From assembly GCA_964057225.1 (NCBI GenBank), contig OZ059897.1, positions 5,332,001-5,396,000 of the forward strand: a stretch of 64,000 nt of DNA. Direction: 5' to 3'. The notes under the pieces are model-generated. The model did no database searches, was not told the DNA's origin, and saw only the letters and a program-made list of their open reading frames with translations. Below, one piece after another: positions 13,108 to 29,649 of this stretch (positions within the stretch are counted from its first letter, which is position 1; the number at the start of each line of letters is the position of its first letter). The translations under genes were made by a program, and so were the position numbers. This DNA is from Auanema rhodensis (taxonomy: Eukaryota; Animalia; Nematoda).

Positions 13108-16100
13108 TCTCACTAAAAGTATGTTCATATATATGTATAGATAAATGTAAGTAAAGAAAAGGAAATAGAGAGAAAAAGTTTGGGAATGAAGTCATAATTA
13201 TCCAAAAAAAAACTCTAACGGACAACAGCGAATGCAAAATTGTAGTTATCAGAAAAACTATAACCTGCGTTTTGTTCTGAACGTTAGGTGGTTGCACTGC
13301 ATGTTGTCCGTTGTCTGAGAAGGGCTTTTGTAGTCTTTGCCACAGGGGGAGGGCTTCAAGAAATTTGTGTGGAGCTGGAAAGGCGGAGCTTTGTAGACGA
13401 CCGGCATTGGCTTTAGGCCATTTTCTAAAGATTGTAATTCTTTCATTGCCTTGCTCAACTACATCGGAGATTCAGACACTATGTGTTCATAATAGAAAAT
13501 GGCTTTTGAATGATAGTTATAGACAGAAGAACAAGACAACGACATTGGATGTTTCAAATTGAATTTAGAAGACAACTTGAAGTCGAGAGAGAAAAGAACT
13601 ATATATAAGATTATGAAAAAGAAGACAATGCTCAATTGTATGCTTTTGATGCTTTTGTTTTTCATCATAATGTAGATTCTATTTCACATTTTTAAAATAT
13701 TTAATTGATAAATGCTGTGAATAGTTTATAATATTAGTTATAAATTAAAAGGAAATCCAGTGAAGATTATAAATTTTGAAAAATAAAGTCTTAGGGTTCT
13801 AACTAAAACAATTTATTATTTTATACATCATAAGATCCAAAATAAATGTTATTGTATCCAAGAAAAAATTGGTTGTCTTCATATTCAAGTTCTTATTTGA
13901 TTGTAATTGGAAGTTCCAAAACTTTATGAACAAATATATGTTTAAACATATGTTTGTTTGTATATTCAAAAAGACATAGTCCAGTTAGTACAAAGATTGT
14001 TTGTATGTTCACAGTTTGTTGCAAAAAAGCCGTGGAAGAAGGACAAATGAATGTTTCGCTCGAAATAATCACGCTAAGCCGGTAGCGTGCATTCAATACA
14101 GTTTCGAAAACGATGAACATGCTTTGCAGCTTTTTTTAATACAGAGCAATGAACAGTCAGAAAGTCGTTTCTGAATACTCTGGCAAAATAACTGGAAACC
14201 GGAACTACGAAGAGCCGGCTTATTATTATGTTTTCACACGTGTTCTGTTCCTGCTATTTCGAATCAGATATAGAAAAGTCTTATTAAAATTTACCTTCCG
14301 AGTGACAGAAACACATTCAAAATGAAATATATACCTAAATATAGTTCTTATTCCTGAACCTGATAATTGTAAGAAAATGAAATAAATTCAGACTTTCTTT
14401 CAAATATTTCTCAATATATTTTCATTTACAAGAGCGTTTTCCACCTGTTTGTTTCTTCGAATTTTCAGACTCTTCAAAATATACCTTCTGGATTATGTAT
14501 CCTTCTGTCCTACTATCTTCGTCCGTGCCCAAAAGTTCACAAATCCGGATATTAGGAAATTGGAAACCGCTCGTACCCTGCACATCTGGAACTTCATTTA
14601 ATCTCTATGAAACTCTTCCGTTTTCTTTTGTGAAATGACGATATTTAGTTTATTTAATAAATTGTATCCTAACCATTATATGAGAAACAACAAATAGTTC
14701 TTTTCTCTCATGATATGAGAAAAGAACAATTCAGCTAAACATGAAGTCAATTGGTTTCGATATTGCAGGGCATTAGGTTTTAGATCTTCAATTGCACTAA
14801 TATTTACTAATGTTTATTTTTATTTATTTTTAAATCGTAATTTGTAAAAAATACTATAATCAATTAAATTTAACAGCAGTATGATATTGTTGGTCATCGT
14901 CAGCATGATCTAATATCTTATTTTGAGAGCAAAACTTGAAGCCGGAAAAACGTTAACAGCAAACTGTTTTTGATACATCAACAAATTTATTTTCGTTATA
15001 TTTCATATTCAAATGGAAAATGATAATTAAATTGTCAGACCCTTGTTTCAACAAACAGTACACCCGGTTTTGCTCTATTCACAGGTAATTGAATCTCTAG
15101 ACCGCTCCAGGCCGCCTGAGACGAACAATTGGATATCTTAAGAGCTGAAAATACGAAAACAAATGAAATGAAGAGCTTCATAGGAACACGATAAACATAT
15201 GAAAAAGATGGTGAATAACGAGAGCACTGAAGATGGAACTAGCAGTTCAAAAATTTTTCTGTCGTTTCCTTTTCTCATAATGTTTTTAATGCGAAAAAGA
15301 TAAAATTAAAAAAGTTGAAATGTTGATATAAAATATAAAATTGAAAACAAGAGGCGATTTAAAAGATTATAATGCTTTAAGTAAGTAAATATATTAATAT
15401 AATTAATTTATATAATTTAAATGAAAAGCAGAACAACACATCAGAATATCTCCTAACTTCGGTCTGTAACTGTCCGCATAGTTTTTGGTATTGCTTTCAA
15501 TAGTTTCAGAAGTTACTTATTAATAGTTAATAATAACTAGTTCAGTTTGCATTTATCGGTTGCATAATAAAAAAAAATAATCGTTTTCATTTAGAAAATA
15601 TAAAATAAATTTTATATCTATCAAATCTTTTTTAATGTATAATAAATAAAAGTTTAACTCAACTAGTTGCTATTGAATAAACTTGGTTTTTTTCTTTTTA
15701 TATTTACTTACAATGATATACAACTTTACTTAAACATTTCAATCTTCCTTAATAGTAATGCAGATACGAAATCAAAAATTTGGTTTTGAAAGTTTTGTTG
15801 CTTATTACTGAATATTAAAAGTATTTTCTTAGTTTTCAAAAATACGACGGAACAAAAGGATTCTTTTGAATTTTTTAAAATATATTCCTTCGCTCGATAT
15901 GTTCAGAGAAAAAGAATTGGTATTAACAGGATAATTAATTAAAATAGTTTATCGACTTTCATCTCAGCAGGTGGGTTGCATAGGCAATTTTTTCATTTGA
16001 TGTTCGTCTATTTCATTTCATTTAATTAAACTTTTGAAATTTTTCTGTAACTAACTAACTGTGTAACTAGTATGTTATGTACATGTAAATCTGTTTTGAT

Positions 16101-16586
16101 TTCTTAATGGAAAATTTTAAAATTATCTTTTTTTGTTTTTTTTTCTCCTATTTCCTGACTTAAATAATAGGAAAGGTTTAATTCGTTTTTCACCTTAAGC
16201 ATTAAACATCCTATATTCTGAATAATCTGGTTTTATCCCATATTCATATATTGAATGTATTGAATGACTATTCTGATCATGCTCACTTAGTATATGCTGA
16301 ACTAACTGTGACGGTTAGTTAATTAACTACTTAGATATCTGTATGTATAAGCTATTCTACGTTCTATGTTGTTCTCATCATTACGAAAATGTCTGAGAGC
16401 AGCCTGTAAGGTATAACTAGTTGTTCTAAACATGTCCTCTAGAAGAAAAAAAAGTTCATTTTTTTGCTTTGTAATCTTCGCCCCTGCGGGAGGTTGAGGG
16501 CGGTTGCATCTTGCACGTTTTTGTGCTAACTACTGATGGTATATGTAAATGTAAATGATACTTGAAGGACAGCATTTGAAGAATTT

Positions 16587-16587
<1 letters not shown>

Positions 16588-16638
<51 letters not shown>
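16588..16638. repeat. (GA)n microsatellite
   Basis: About 25 GA units. It produces the spurious LSLSLS ORF. Confidence 0.9.
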
Positions 16639-16641
<3 letters not shown>

Positions 16642-19421
16642 AAAAAGATTGAGCATATGTACATTTCGATACTTCATCTATAAAGAACAGAAAACTCAAG
16701 ATCATATTACTATCCCAGTCAGAAGATTAAACCGTATTCCTGTTTTTTTGATTCATGTGTCTAAATTTATTTGAACTCACTAATTCCATTTTTGGAATTT
16801 TTAATTTTTTAATAACATTTTTATAATATATAATACATGAAATATAACAAGTGTTTTACTATATTTACATAGATCATTCAAGATCGATGAGTTATATCTA
16901 GCAATTTATTTAACAGTTCAACATTACAGCAAGGATATAATTATCAAATATTTTATTTTTCAACAAGTAAAGGAAGTAAATTTCCAAAATTTTTTTATAT
17001 TTGAGTTGATATAGGCTTTTGAACTTTCGCATTACATAAAAGTGTTAAATCCGGTTCGGAGTTAAAATACAGTGTTTAACCTGAAAAACCAGGTACTCGG
17101 GGCTCTAATTACTGATACTGTTAGTAATTCTTCATTGAATAGTATGACTAGTAATAATTAATTTTGAATTTACAAGTTTCTTTGTCCTGATCTGTCCGGA
17201 AACTCTTGTTTTTCTTTACAAAACGTACGAGATCCTGTACCCAGCTAAAGTTCAGATATTAAAAGTCCAAACAAAAGACCGTCCAGATTTTTGAATTTTG
17301 CAGTCTTGATATATAATTATATAAACACAATATAACATATAGTAAGAATACTAAACATTCTAAAAGTATTCATATTTATTGTATTTGGTTTTTTCATGTT
17401 CACAATCTACAGTATTAAAGTTTAGCAATGCGCCTAAACGTTCATTGTATTCTGTCCTTGGTTATTTAATTTGCGTTTTTTGTATGTTTAAATGTTGATC
17501 TATCTTGAAGGCCTATATGAGGATATAACAGTAAAAACAAAACAAAAAAGTGTCTATCTGGATAAGTATAGCTGACAATACAAAAATAATTTGAACACTA
17601 ATCTAATTTTTCTCTTTTTATTTTATCATTCGTCTTGCCTTTGAGCTTCTGCTCATTAGCTTTCAATCTTTATCACATAACAATGATATGATAATATAGT
17701 TCTCTCTTATTCTTTCTTTCAACTAATTTCACTCTTTATCTGGTCCATACTGTACCTTTTCATATTTCACCTTGGAAATCCAAGAATTTCGTGAACTGTA
17801 ACATACTTCTGCTTAATTTATTTCGGAAGTTCAGCAATCTGTAAAACGGTATTAATTCAGTAAAATCAATTAATATTTTTTCAACATTGTTTTCTTTTCA
17901 AATCCATATATATATATTTGGCCCTCAAGTAACATAATGTTATGAAAAGTGGTGAAATCTCATTTTTTTAAACAAGTTCACCATAGTGGCGCCATGTACC
18001 GTAGTACTTGTTACACTCACATTTGCATTTTCATACTATACAGTATAGTATTTAAATTCATAATTATATTTGATAAACAAATAATTACAATAATAATAAA
18101 CTAATTAGATTTATTTTTATCAATTATAATATATTAGAGCAAGCTTTTTTCCATATAGCTGAATCTTAACTCTCAGATCAACAAAGATTGTATATACAAT
18201 ACTGAAAATCCTTGAGATTTTCTCTAGAAAATCATTGTGTTGTTAACGTTATAATTGCTTCTGCTGCTTCCTGGCCTTAGACTTGTTGCTAATTAGTATT
18301 TTCCAATTGTTCTAATTCATCGGTGACGCTAGGGTTTGAGGGGAGAGATTTTCGTAATTATTCACAGTTTCACGCTGTCATATACACTTTCAATAAAGTT
18401 ACAAAATTTTTAATTTGCATTGCTACAGTAAATATCATCAACCCTAGCAGATCTGAATTCTATCCAAACAAAATCTTAAAACACATTTGTGATACATGTA
18501 TGTATTTGTACTTATGACCTTCTTAGGAAAATATTCCTTGGTTTTTGCAACCAGCGTAGGTTTTTTTTATGTTAAACAATCCATTTTCCGAGGCAATGTC
18601 GTAAATCTATTAAGCTTCAGAATTTTGTCATAAAAAAATGAAAATACACCTTTTGGATGGCTCTAAAGTTTTTTTTAGTAGGTAGTGTGATTTTTGCTCC
18701 TAAATTTTTGAATTATAATCATTACATAATGATTAAAATATAATATAAATTAGTTATCTAATGTTATTGTTAGTATGCGTAATAATGCTAGTAGTAGAAA
18801 TCATAAATCTATCATAAATGATACAACTAGGCCTTTTAAAAAGATTCGGTCACATGTATCATACACTGAATAAGGAGGTGAGAAAAAAAGAAAGTGATAG
18901 TGACCAGAAATATTCTTTAATGTGAGTAAGAGAGTGAGAGAAAGAAGATGATGATCACAATAGTATAGCTGCCATAATTCTTTCAGCTATTGACACATCT
19001 ACCGAAACAATAAAAAAGTGATTACATTAATACATATATACACATATAAGAATAGAAGACAATGTCTTTCTGTCGGCAAAATCAAAAAGACATCTTACAT
19101 TGAATACAAGTTTTATAACCATTTCCAATACTCATGTCATCATGTTTCTATTGATTGATCACCTGTCTTAATCTGTTTTGAAGTCCAATAATCCGTTCAT
19201 CTTATTCTCTCCCCCCCCCCCCCCAATCTTGTAAATTCCTTTTTCTTTATACCTTTCCTTACCATATCCTTGATACCTTCATTATGCTACCCTATCCCTC
19301 ATATTCTTACATATTTTCCTTTTTTTTTTCGAATACAAGATTAGCGAACTGTTGCACGTATTCAGTCAACCGAGAATAGTAATTTATAAACGAAAATAGA
19401 TACTGGGGTGAGTATACAGAA

Positions 19422-19460
<39 letters not shown>

Positions 19461-22400
19461 GAAAGGTTTCGAGCTCTTCGAATATATGCATGAAACTAAC
19501 ATTACGCACCAAGGCAAGGTCTAAGAGATATTAAGACATCAAGAAGTTTTTTCATGTAAATATGGTAACCGCTTTATGACCCGTGTATCCCCATCTATTC
19601 TTCACACAACACATTAATACAATATCGGTTATGATACAATCTTGCCATCATCTTCGTTTTTTCTGTTAACTATTTGTGTTATTTAATGAGTTTGCGTATT
19701 ATCGGATTAAGAGCTACAGACATACGCTAATAAAAAAGAAAAGGAAAAGAGAAGAGCGTAGATTGAAGAGATTGAATAAATGAAGAGAGATAGTAATGGA
19801 GGTTGGTATAAAAGAGATTAGAAAAGTATTGGCATACTTAACAGGACAATAAAATGTCAGCGGAAGATTGGAAAAGGGATGCAGATTACTTAGCACACAC
19901 GTGTCTTAGGTAACTAAGATGAGATTATACTCATCTGAGCAATAATCGATTTTCATCAACATGTTATACTCCTTTGGTACTTATCCCGTTACCATGTTTT
20001 TTTTTCTCTCAGCGGAAATTCTTTTAAGAGTTAACCGATGTCATAGCTTTGAACAATTTTCGATATGAGACCCTTTATGCTCATTATATATACATAGTTT
20101 AGTTTTAATATAATATAAAAGCATAAGTTACATATCAAAAAAACTAGAATATATGCCAGTGAAATACAAAGACAGAGAGATGTAAGAAGAAAGGAAACGC
20201 AGATCAATGAATGAGCATCTGGTTCTTTTGAAATTCTCATATTCTATAATCTGTAAGTTTATTCATACCATGGAGAGATGTTTTAAAATATGTAATGAAG
20301 TTTTGTTTCAAATTATCGTTTAAACAGATATTGAAACACACCATATGGACACATATATCCCGTAGAGTTATAATAGAAATAATAATAGTAGAAACCGTTA
20401 TGGAAAAGTCGGATCATGGTTTGATCTTTAAATAAATAAATTTTATAAAGAAAGGATATGTTTCTTAATATTTGAGTGCTTATGAATGAATGTTAGAATG
20501 TTGAGAATAGATATTTTCTTGTAAAAACTAGAATGATATAATTCCTTCCTTATACACGTGTTTCTATTCTCAGCCTCTTTTTATTCTTTGATAATAAGTT
20601 GTTCTCTATCATTTTAATGAATTTGTTTGTTTGTTTTTTTCAAATAATTTATTGAATTAAAATTTGTTCATAGTAGTATAGAGATTTTTTATGTTTATAT
20701 ATCGTTTGCTAACCTTTTCTTGAAACAAAAGAAAAAGATTTTGCAATTCAATTCATAACGGTTACGGTAGTCATTAGTAATGTGAATAGAAAAACGACTA
20801 CTGGGAATATGTATTTCGATGAATTGCTCTTCAAATAATATAATTTCTAAAACTGAATTGACGCATCATATGAGATTGAAATTAAAACGAGAGGATAGGA
20901 TGTGTTAACTGTTTTTCGGATCCCAAAAATGCGATTAGTATTGAAAATACAAACGAAAATCTACACCATCTACATAGAGAAGAAGGAGGGGTAGCTATGA
21001 CAGTTCAGATGAGGAAAGAGGAATGAAAAAATGGATATACACATGAGCCGTCTTTGGTTTTGAAATAATAGAATAACCAAATTCAACTTTTCCGTATTGA
21101 GCATGCTTTCTGCCATAAGTAATAGTATTACCATACCCTTAATTCTTTACAACCTAGAGCAAAGCTCTGCAAAACTGTCTGATAGCAGCTTGCATGCCAT
21201 AGTGACTTAAGTATATATCAAAAAGATTGCTTTGTAAAAATGAAAATCTATAGCATCTGATTGTCTCATTGTTAGTCAATTTAGACACACATCCTCTTAA
21301 AAAGAATCGTTTGTCCGGATATATGATGAAAAGAGAATCACAAAGGAGAGAGGGCATAGAAGAGAGCAAGCGATAGATAAAGAGAAGTGGAAAAATCAGC
21401 ATCTCCTTTTAGAGAAAATAATACCGAACACATCATACGCTTAAGCTTTTGGTTGTCATCAGAGACAATTATATGTCTTGTCCTCCATCAGATTCGTTCA
21501 TCTTCCGTTCAGTCAAATGCATTTTCTGAGCATTTCCACATGTTTTTTTGAATGTTATGATGATAGACATGATATTGTCACATTCATAGTCCAAGCAAAT
21601 TTTCTACAGTTTTCGATCATCTTGTATTCTGTGCTGAAAGTTGGCATGTTTCTCATATCATCTTCGGAATATTGAGAAATGAGGTGTTAAAATTCAAAAA
21701 TAAATTACATTTCTTAGTTCTAGCTCTTTATATCTTTTTTTTATATTGCATGATTGTTATTACAACCCGCTTATTTCAACATCTGAACTCGATTATCTAT
21801 GCCAAATTTTCTAATTTAATAGTAATTTCTTGTCATTTTCACCTAACTGTTTTGTCTCTAATATTTTTATGTTTTATTCCTCTCTATTTTATTCTATCTT
21901 TGTGTTAACCTCGCTCATATCTATCTAAATTTTTTTGAGAGTAGTAGCTATTTAACTGCAACAGAGGCAATGCCGTCACTCAGTCAGAAACAGAACAATA
22001 ACAACCAGATGTGACAATTTCAATCCCTTATATCCTCAACAGATTGCTTTTACCATCTTCTTTATGATATAAACGACAGATTATGTATATTGACACGAAA
22101 AGTGTGTGTAAGTAGAAAGCTTAGGTCAGAGCTCATAGGATAAACGTTTTCAAGGGTGGAGAGAGAAAGTGAGAAAGAAAGAAATAATATACGAAAGTAG
22201 TACAGACATGTTTTAGGCAGATGTGTATATCCACAAAATCGGAACATTTGACACATTATTTTCTTTATTAAAACTCATTAATGTATTTTAGTCATTCTCT
22301 AGAATCTAAATGTATCTATAAAATTGCTCTCGTCCTTTGATATGGAATGGTTATCCATCTTGCCTTCATACGTGTTTAAAGTTTTTTGTTTTATTTTCCA

Positions 22401-22781
22401 AAAAAGCATCATTTTCTCTGAAAAACGAAGAATATCAATTGTCGCCATACTTCATGCTGATTGCCATGTCTGGAATGTCCTTGTATTTCTTCAATCCTTA
22501 AAACAAATTTGATTCGTAATTCGTAATTCTTTTTTTTTTCACTTGAAATGGAACATGATTATCTCTTCTTCTTCAAGTTCTTTACATGTTAATTACATAA
22601 ACGTTATAAAATTTTAATTGAATTAATGTTCAAATTTCTAAATGTAGATTCTATATCTGGATATATCATTTATAATCCCATAATACTTTTAGCATAGATC
22701 TAGCATGGTACCTTATACTTACTATATCCATTGACTGAGTAAGTGAAATGGTGATATAAAGAGAGAAAAAGAGAGAGAAGA

Positions 22782-22820
<39 letters not shown>

Positions 22821-25800
22821 TACATGAGCGTGACGACATATTTTGTATTATTTGAATTCTTCTTCTTGCCCAATAAGTACAATTGCTGCGAAAGAAGAGA
22901 TTCCTTATTTAAAGCCGTATTGTTCGGTATAATATAATAATAAAATATATTTATATATATATATATATATATATGTCTCTTTTATCATCTACTTCTTTTT
23001 AATTCTTAGCCTAGCCTTTTTTCACTGTCTTTCCTTCATGTTCTTGCTCACCTCCTTACAATCTCCCTCTTTCTTTCTCTCTCTGCCCCTCTTACTCTAA
23101 TACTTTTTCTCTTTCTCTTTTTCTCTCTTTCTCACTTTCTCTTTTACTCCATTTTTCTTTCCTTTTGAACTCTATTCATATTCGTACTCTTTTAGAACTT
23201 CAAATATACAAATGATACAGTCGAAATATCTTAAAGCTTGTAATCAATACGAAAACTTAGCAATCCTATTTACTATCTTCTTAGAACCAAACTCATGTTA
23301 TCGGTTACTATCCATCCACATATTTTCCCACCATTCCATCATATCTTCAATATATGTTTTTTAAAAACTTTCTTCTTAAGAATACTGTAATATAAATCGG
23401 TAATCGAAACAGGTTGAATTGTAAACTTCTATGAAATAACAGTGATACTACAATAACAGACCATCCGATTAGGAGGAAGACATTTTAACTTTTCATATGG
23501 CTTATATCCTCAATTGTGTCTTTCATATTCTTTACTGAACACATGTGTACATACATATCCCGTTGACTCAAATAAATACACATTTTTCATTTATTACTTA
23601 ATGCAATAAGTTTTTCTCGAATATCTCGTTAGAAACGAATTGCCTTCAATGTTGGAAGAAATTAATTTGATGGCTGGTACATCATTAAGATGACAACCTC
23701 GTAACCTGTGTGTCTTTAGTACGGTATAATATATATGTATATTTTGGAAGTCTAATTGAGATTAAGAAGCAGAAATAAAAGAAAAATGTAAGAAAAGAAA
23801 AAGAAGCTCACTAGCAACGCTTCTATTTTTTCCATTAGCTATTTACACAATTTGTCCTCAGTACCTTCATTTTTAATTTGATTTTCAATGTGCATCTGCT
23901 TGTCTTTCTCGTGTATTCTAACAAAGAAATGTGTAGCTTTAGTAACATCGAATTGAAAAATAAGGCTAAAAATTAGTTAACTTAGTTTTTTGATTATAAA
24001 AATGGTTGTATAGATGGCTTTAATATCTTTTTTTCTCTTCATTTGAGCTTTAAAATCTCTTTCTGATTGAATAAGGTGATACTCTTCACTATCCAAATAT
24101 GACGAAGTATAAATAGGATAAGGAATATGCTAATTTTTATGATAGAAGATGGTGTTGAACAACTAGTTTGTATGAACAATTAGAGCAAAAGAAACATTGT
24201 AGATAGTATTTGGATTGAAGAGAATGAAAGAGAGAAACAAGGAGAGATTGAGAGAGGTACACAAATCTTCTTGGTAAAAGCAAAGAAATGGAGGATGCGG
24301 TTTCCATCATGGTCACTTCGTTATTCATATTGATGACGATTCTGAATTATATGTGTTGGCCTCCATGTCTAAATTTCTTTTGTCATATTCAGTTATTATA
24401 TCTTTGGTTCGATGATATATTGATATTTGTTCTCAATAAATGAATTTAAATATATTTTGTATCATCATACTCAATTTCATTGTTGTCGTCAAAATGAGCT
24501 GCCATCTTCAGAATCTTTTTGAAAGAAAGATTCTACTAAAATTCTACTATATTATATACTTTCTGAATTTTGATACAAAGTTTCTCATTTATGTTCATTA
24601 CAAGGTGATGGTGTTTTCAATCAATTTATTCTTCTCCTTGAAAAGCCCCTTCTTTTCATATTCATACTGTAATTCTGGCTACGCATTTTTTCATTTCTAT
24701 TTTCCATTATATGTATAATTCCCTTGTTCTCTCTACTTTTTCTTTTGTCTATCATCTATCGCCTGTATTTTTTCCATATGAACTCTCCGAAGAACATGAT
24801 GGCGAACATCTTATTTCTTCTCACTTGCGATTGGCTAATGATCTCATAAACCACGCCCACATGAGAAGCCACGCCCATCAATTGAAATGAACAGACTTGT
24901 GACTTGAGAAGAAAATGAAGAAATTGATGCTTACCAGTATCAACTATTATAGTCATAAGAAGTTTTTTTACATTTATATGAAACTAAACATATATAGATA
25001 TCTATTGGTTTTATTAGTTTAATACTATTAGTTGATTTTAAGTTTTTTAAATTTCATTTTATTTGAATATCTCTATCGTACCATTTGTGTTTTTATCCTC
25101 ATATTACTTTATTAACAAAGTTATTTTATTTTCTCAGATGTTATGAAGGCAATAGAAGAATCTAATTTTTGTATATATAAGCATTCAAATAGAATCAATT
25201 ACTAGTAGCTTGTTTTGTTTAACAGTTTCTGAATACTTCTATAGAAATGTAAATCTAACATACTGAGTGTAGTGAGAATATCTACCTTTAATTATTTAAA
25301 GTCTATCCACCATTTCTTGAATATAGAAACTAGGAGCAATGAGCGATTATTAGGAAAAATTGAGATGATTGTGAATAAAGATATTCATAAGTTTTGAAAC
25401 AACGAATTTTGAAATCGTCAACCAAATAATAGAGTAATTGGAAAGTTGTCATCTGCAATTGTGCTAGAAATAGCTTACTCTCTCCCTCTCTCTTTCTTAA
25501 TTTCTCTTTTTCTCTCTCTCTCTCTCTCCCTCTCTCTCTCTCTTTCTTTCTATGTTTATATTATCGTCTTCAAACCCTACTCATCTATCTTTATCTCTAT
25601 GTTACTCCGTTATTTCTCTTCATGAAGTATCTTCTCTCTTTAGTAGTAGTAGTAGTAGTAGTAGTAGTATGAGCAGTTGCTTTCGATATGGAGGCATAAT
25701 TATAAGTGGTGTCAAATGCACACCGATTTATCCAATAATACAAATATGGCTAAAGAAGTATATGGATAGCCTGGGTGGTACGAAATTTAAAAAAATTGGT

Positions 25801-27282
25801 TTTAAACATCACAACATTTGTTTCCTAGCTTTTGTTTTATTTTATTAATACAATACGTTTTCGAAAATTCTTTTAGTTTCTGCTTCCTCACAATCTTTTT
25901 TTTTTTTGATTTGTTTTATTCTGCCACATTTAGTTTTATTTATTTCAAAAAATATTATATTATATATGTCTTATACTTATTCTTATTTCTCTAATCATCT
26001 CCCTGTAATTTTACCGTCACTCAAATAAAATGCCCAGAATTTTTTGAATATCATGATTATAGCTGAAATGTCTGTTTTTTTATAGAAAATGTTATAAAAC
26101 AGACCGACAATTATAGAAAACTACAGTTTAAATAAAATATAAATTTCAAATCTTGTTTTTCTTTGATTATTATTTTTTTTCTTTTACCCCCTCTTTCCGT
26201 TCAATTCATTCCTACTCTTTTTTTTAAATGTTGTTGCCTTAGGGGTGTAGAAGAGAGTTTTTGAATTATAACTAGTCACATAAATTTTATGAAATTTCCT
26301 ATAACTAATTAATTTTAATTCAAATATTACCTTGAATGTTGTTTATTTCCCACAATCTTTTAAGTTACAACTTTTTTTCAATTCAAAATCTTTTGTTTAA
26401 TAGCTTTAGAAAAAAAATCACTTTCTTCATTTTTATAATTGCATTTTATGAAAAGAAATTTTACACAAGAAAAGGCAACAGAGATACCCATTAAGTTCGT
26501 TTATTTCATATTTGTCTGGCAAAAAATGAAGAAACATCGAATTTATTCTTATTTCTCTGCTTATTCAAAGAAATACGCAACTTTTCAACATCTGAAATGT
26601 CATTTCAACAGTTCGTAATATTGGCTTTTGATTGTAAAATCATAAAGAGCCATCATGAGGTATACTGTATGTTCGTCTGTTACCAAGCTTATTGTCGGTT
26701 TATAACTTTTTCCAGATGACCTTTAATATCGAAAATAGAGACGAAAATCGAGAGCAATGTGCAGGATGAAAAGAGTAGTCGATAATTGATATACTCTTAT
26801 ACGCATATTAATTTGAAAATTAGATTTCCTTAATAATTATCAAAAAATAGTTCACTCAAAAACTGAAATCAGATCTTTAATAAATGAAAGAACTCTGTTC
26901 ATTATATATCTTTATCTAGTCTATACTTTTGCATATTATATCTTGGTCTTGTATGTAAGACTCATCATATAGCTAAATAGAGAAATTATTTTCAAAACTG
27001 GATAGAAATGATCATTTACAATGATGATGAAGAAAGTTGCGTCAACAGTTGAAGAATCGCTGATGCCTCATAATACAGTACAAGTAATTCATTAAGCATC
27101 ATCCAATCATTGAGGAAGAAGAAGGGGCAGAAGAGAAATGAAAAGACCCTCTGAATACTTTTTCTTTTTATGTTGTTCAATGACATTCATGAAAGAATGC
27201 TATATATAGATAATATAATATATAATCACAACCGCACATAGTCAAAAGGTCTTTATATATATATATATATATGTAAAATATT

Positions 27283-27315
<33 letters not shown>

Positions 27316-29649
27316 CATGTTTGATTACGTATATCCATTATAAATCGTCTCAGTTACTCATCTCCTTTGATCTATTAAACCCGACAAGCTAATTCTCAGC
27401 ATAGCTAAGGTCATTACTAACTAGTCATATGAGGTTAGTCAAGTTTTTGAGAATTTGATTGCCTAATCTTATTTGAAATAGACAGTCCTTAATATTCTTC
27501 ATCTCATCCATTTTTAACCCGTTTAATTTCTAAAACATCTCATATTACTATACCATAAATGGTAAATATTTTATTAAATTATAAATTTAATGGCTCAAAA
27601 TTATCCATTTCCGTACAACTATGTATATATTCATATTTATATCCATTTAGACTTCACTTCAAATCTTCTTCTCAAGTCTAATAAAACTGACCCATTTTGA
27701 AGAATTTGCAAACGAAGAAAAGCCACATAATGCAATACCATATGTCATCTGTTGTATCTTTCTAGCATGGGTTAAAATAGAAAGAAGACTATTAGCCATA
27801 CGTCTCTCTCTCTCGAACGTTCATCTTCTCGATAGCTTAGATCTGTTTGATTTTTTATATCTTAAAATCTAATAATTTACCTAATATGATAATATGTTAC
27901 TTGAACTTTGAGAATCTCTTTCCAAATCTATATATTCTGAAATTTTCATTAACAGTATTCTCATGTGTGCTCACTTTAAATCATATCATAATCTTCTTTA
28001 TGTTCCTACTGTTCAAATCACAATTTGCCCACCATCTCCTCTTTATCTTCTCTTTTTTGGATGAATTTTGACGAATCAAGCAGTTACATACTTGCGAGCA
28101 ATGAGCAGGTAGACATTATCTGCAATTTACCGGTGGAAATTAAAATTAAATTATCAAAAATGGAACACCTGACAATACCGACAACAGCAATATTCACTTT
28201 GTCATTCTCCATGCTTATCGTCTTCTCCTCATTTTTAGCTTTCAATAGACTATCATTATCAAATAATAATGATATTATAGTGGCTTCTCTCTTTCTCTCT
28301 TCGTCTCCACCCCTTCCTCTCTCCCTCTCCTCTTTAATACCTCCTTTCTATTTCTCAATCTTGTTCTCTCTTTTTCTCTCGCCCTCTTTCATTCAGCCTC
28401 CGCCTTCGTTTTTCTCTTATTTTTCCGGCTATCAAAACAGCTATTTACCTGTCTAGGCAATGGCCGGATTAGTATGGACAAATGACGGTTTACATTGACT
28501 GACTGCCATGTATGCTACGGATTTTTTTTTGAAATCTTTCTATCTTATATAATAAGATAACAAATTTCAATAATGTTTTTATTATAAAACTGTTAATAAC
28601 CTTATGTATAAAACTGTTTTTATCTTCCTCTATATGTATAGTTATGATTTTGATATTATAACTCAAGAAACAGTAAGTGAGAGATGTCTCCATATAATAA
28701 GATCAACTATGTAAGTACTGATATTTAAAATGAAAACACGAATTTCATCTCAATTGTATGTCTTTCCTATTTTACATATATTAATATTTATTTTTCTTTT
28801 ATTGTTACTTGTTTTAGTTCAGATATACCAAATACTTTTTCAATCTCGTTTGCATCCTAGTTTATCCTTGTCATCATATTAATCTCATCATTTCTAGAAA
28901 AAAAGTATAGAATTTTTTAATCTAGGCCAATAATCATCTTGATTGTTGTTTATCAGTTATCATTCTTCGGAAAATTTATAAATGTGTAACGAATTCATAA
29001 GCAGGTGAAGCTTATCGTTCATAATATTAAATACAATTTTGCTTATTTCGATCTTCACGCTCTATCCAGTAAATCATTTTTAATATCTAAAACTACGATT
29101 TCGGCAATATTTAATTGGAAAACGCCTTTAATTATCATATAGGTTTGATATCCTATATACATAATTATACATATTTGTATAAATAATATTTGAGAAATAA
29201 CTTCTTCTCCCCACAACCTTTGCAATAGAATTTAAAGTTTTAGTATTTCTGTTTCAATTATTGTTTTTGCAATGAAAAAAATATTATTTTTTTCTGATTT
29301 TCATGAAATTTGAGATTTGTAGCTCATTTTTCTTTCTTTTTTGTTACTCAAAAAAAATGTTTGGAGTAAAAAAGTCATAATTTTTGCAATAGGTATATAA
29401 TGATTGAATCTTCAAATTGAAAATTATGCTTTTGTTTAATTGAACTACTTCCAATGTTTACATTCAATTCTGTACTTTATATTCTTATATCTTACATAAA
29501 TTAATGGGATAAAGGTAGCCGAAGTAATGAGATTGAAAGGGAAAAGGCTGAGGAGATCCTTTCGTTTTGCCAGTAAGCTTATGGCCTAAGGTAATCAGAA
29601 CATTATTATTGATATATTATAACTGGCTATTATGAGATATATGTATGTA

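Noticed and set aside
13258-13668. Short ORFs upstream of the secreted gene
   Set aside because: The gene already has a signal-peptide start at 13107, and no splice chain or motif links these ORFs to it.
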